Source of the DNA: Diplonema japonicum
Lineage: Eukaryota; Protista; Euglenozoa: Diplonemea
NCBI GenBank assembly: GCA_964019335.1
Contig: OZ025729.1
Coordinates: forward strand, 62,001-126,000
Length of the DNA stretch: 64,000 nt
Direction of reading: 5' to 3'
Made by a program: the position numbers and the translations under genes. Of this stretch, positions 61,687 to 64,000 are shown in pieces. The notes below the pieces were generated by a model. The model worked only from the letters and a program-made list of their open reading frames with translations. It made no database searches and was not told the DNA's origin. The stretch's first letter is position 1; each line of letters starts with the position of its first letter.

Positions 61687-61890
61687 GGGTGACGAACAGG
61701 CAGCAAACTGCACGAGCGCAGAATCTTGGTTACCCGGGACGTCCCGGCTGGGGTTGAGCTGAACACCGCACGCATTAAGGACACGACGCAGAAGAAGCTA
61801 CAACTCGGCCGCGGTGCGCCCCCTGTAATCAAGTAGACAGTTCTTGTGCAGGGCGCCGCCAACACCGGCCTCCTTTAACTCATATATTTT
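61687..61890 (+). repeat. Interspersed repeat (SINE-like or LINE 3' end)
   Basis: Copies at 22506-22659 (minus strand), 37635-37691, 55492-55549 and a degraded piece at about 56568-56622. Confidence 0.75.
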
Positions 61891-62172
61891 TTCTTCTTTT
61901 TCTCAGTATATCGATACTACCTTGTGTGTTGTGGGCGTTGTGTGTGTTGTGTATTTGAAACTAATGGACAACCCCTGCTCCTGCTCCCCCCCCCCCCCCC
62001 CCCCTCAATTGAGTTGCTCTTCCTTTGTTTTCGCTTTTTTGACCTCTTTCAAAAAAAGAAAAAAAAGGACTGCACAAAAGATTTTACAAAAAAAAAAAAA
62101 AAAAAAAAAACGTAAAGGGGGAAAAAAAAAAAAAAGAAAAAAAATACTTTCACCCTAGAAAAAAAATACTTC

Positions 62173-64000
62173 CACCCTATTTTTCAGCTGTACGGTGGGG
62201 ATCGAGGAGAGCCGCAGTACAACGCCTTTAGAACGAGGTACAGGGAGTACATCGTGTCGCAGAAGATGGAACTTCGACCACTTACAGGAGAGGATCTGAG
62301 GGCGGTGTTGGCCAAGAAGTCAACGAGAACGGCTCCAGGGGTGGATGGATGGAGGATGGCGGAACTGCGTGCCATGCCGGTAGTACTGCTGGATGCTTGG
62401 GCCGAGCTGTTCAACGCAGTCGAGACGACAGGGAAGTGGCCGAAAGCACTCCTGACAGCGCTGGTGACGTTGATCCCGAAGGGTGGCGAGAGGACTCCTC
62501 TGAACCATCGGCCGATCACAGTCACGAGCGCGGTCTATCGGCTGTGGGCATGTGCGAGGCTGCGTGACATCACGCTGTGGCAAGAGAAGTGGATCGACGA
62601 CTCTCAGCATGGTTTCAGACCGAAGAGAGGCACGGATAGCATTCTGATGGAGCTCAGTACACAGCTCGAAGAGGCGCTGTTGACAGGCACCCCTCTCAAC
62701 GGCATTGCGTTGGATTTTGTCAAGTGCTTCGACAGAGTCCCACAGCAGATAGCTTTTGGCCTGATGCAAGATCTCGGTTTGCACGAGCGGATACTGACCC
62801 CCTTGAAAGCTATGTATGCGAACCTGAAGCGGCGATTCCGTTTCCCGACAGGTGTTGGCTCAGAGTTCCGAGTGACGAATGGTATCCTGCAAGGGTGCCC
62901 CATCTCGGTAATCATGGTGAACGCCTTGGTGTCGGTGATGGTGAAGTGCGTGATGACGGAAGTACCAGGAGCTTGGTCACTTTCGTACGCGGATGACGTG
63001 TACCTCCTGGCGCGTTTAGCGGAGGTCCTGACAAGGGCGACCAACAAGGTGATCGAGTTCGGGGACCGGACAGAGATGCGCCTCAACGGAAAGAAGTCGC
63101 AGGGATTCTCGACGAAAAACGAGATCGGCCCTAGTTTAGTATGCACCGGTTCCTCGTTCAAGGTAGCTGGGGAGATCAAATCACTTGGCGTGAACCTGAG
63201 CATGGATGGGAATCACAGGCTGGACAAGCTGGACGCAGCGGAGGGACGCCTGACCCGTCTCGGAGCTTTGCCACTAGGGTTTGAGAACAAGTCGACGATG
63301 TTGACGAGCACTGTGCTACCGTCGTGTCTGTACGGAGCAACGTATGCGGCACCCTCGGACGACCAGCTGAAGAAGATGTGTACAGCGGCAGTGGTCTCCC
63401 TGTGGGGCCCCCAGTTCGGGATGAGAAACCCCGTGTCTGTACTGAGCGTTCTGCTGCCAGGGCATACGGCACATCCGCTGTCGAAGGTCATCTACGGAAC
63501 GATAAACAGCTTGGTCCGGGAGAGCCTGGCCTCTCCGCGTTTGCGGCAGCGTGTTGGTGAGATCATTGGTCTATACCAGGACCGTGATGACGATGAGGTG
63601 ATGGGTCCGATTGGAGTCCTGCGGAACAGATGGCTCCCCTTTCTGGGGAAGGGATGGTCCTTTGTGGCCGACCTGCACGGAGATACAGCGGTGGCTCACA
63701 AAGTGAGGCAAGCCATCAGACCGGCAGTTGCGAAGAGGCTGATCGAGAAGAGATCAACCTTCGTGGGGATGGAGGCAGGGGCGTGCCCGTCCACGAACTA
63801 TTGGTGGAAAAAGCTCCAGGCCCGGAGACCGTTGGTGTCCTTTAGGTTGCGGCGCATCATTAGTGGTGCAGTGTTCACGACTCACCCGAGGGTGTGGGGG
63901 AGAAAATTGGATGGCCCTGGTGTGGAAAACCCAGCATTAGCGTGTGACGTTTGCGACCACCGGTCCCAGACAACGACCAGCATGACGGAGCATGCACTGT
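62173..64000 (+). mobile_element. 5'-truncated non-LTR retrotransposon: reverse transcriptase ORF running off the window
   Basis: The frame from 62161 has no stop to the window end, so it is absent from the ORF track. Motifs APGVDGW, LIPKG...RPITV, QHGFRPKRGT, LDFVKCFDRV, GILQGCPIS, YADD (62986-62997), KSLGV and a terminal CxxC...H zinc-knuckle start. No endonuclease domain upstream. Confidence 0.92.

Noticed and set aside
51908-64000. Diversity-generating retroelement (variable heads plus nearby RT)
   Set aside because: The RT is non-LTR type, no template repeat is seen, and head differences involve all four bases and synonymous sites rather than adenine-specific changes.

Overview
This is an intron-poor eukaryotic (protist) window, most consistent with a euglenozoan such as a diplonemid. 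That assignment is inference from co-oriented intronless genes, DGF-1/Bodo-like membrane modules, BspA-like LRR remnants and homopolymer-rich spacers. Three single-copy genes lie at the left: a 2OG-Fe(II) oxygenase-like protein, a GT71 mannosyltransferase carrying a fibronectin type II domain, and vasohibin. They are followed by seven co-oriented surface-receptor genes built as signal peptide / three-repeat Cys-rich head / Thr-Pro-Ala mucin stalk / about 7-TM module / cytoplasmic tail. The paralogues are mosaics. Stretches of about 2.1-2.3 kb of stalk plus membrane module are essentially identical between copies, while heads vary in short patches, stalk lengths differ and tails are swapped. 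One member joins a family head to a different membrane module. This looks like a modular receptor-diversification locus. The spacers hold two inverted pogo-like elements bracketing the chimeric gene, two piggyBac remnants (one with a TTAA-centred foldback), TIR elements carrying tRNA-like Pol III cassettes, MITEs, SINE/LINE-tail fragments, a kinase-LRR pseudogene and an orphan LSU rRNA fragment. A 5'-truncated non-LTR retrotransposon runs off the right edge. All alignments were done by eye and no database searches were run.
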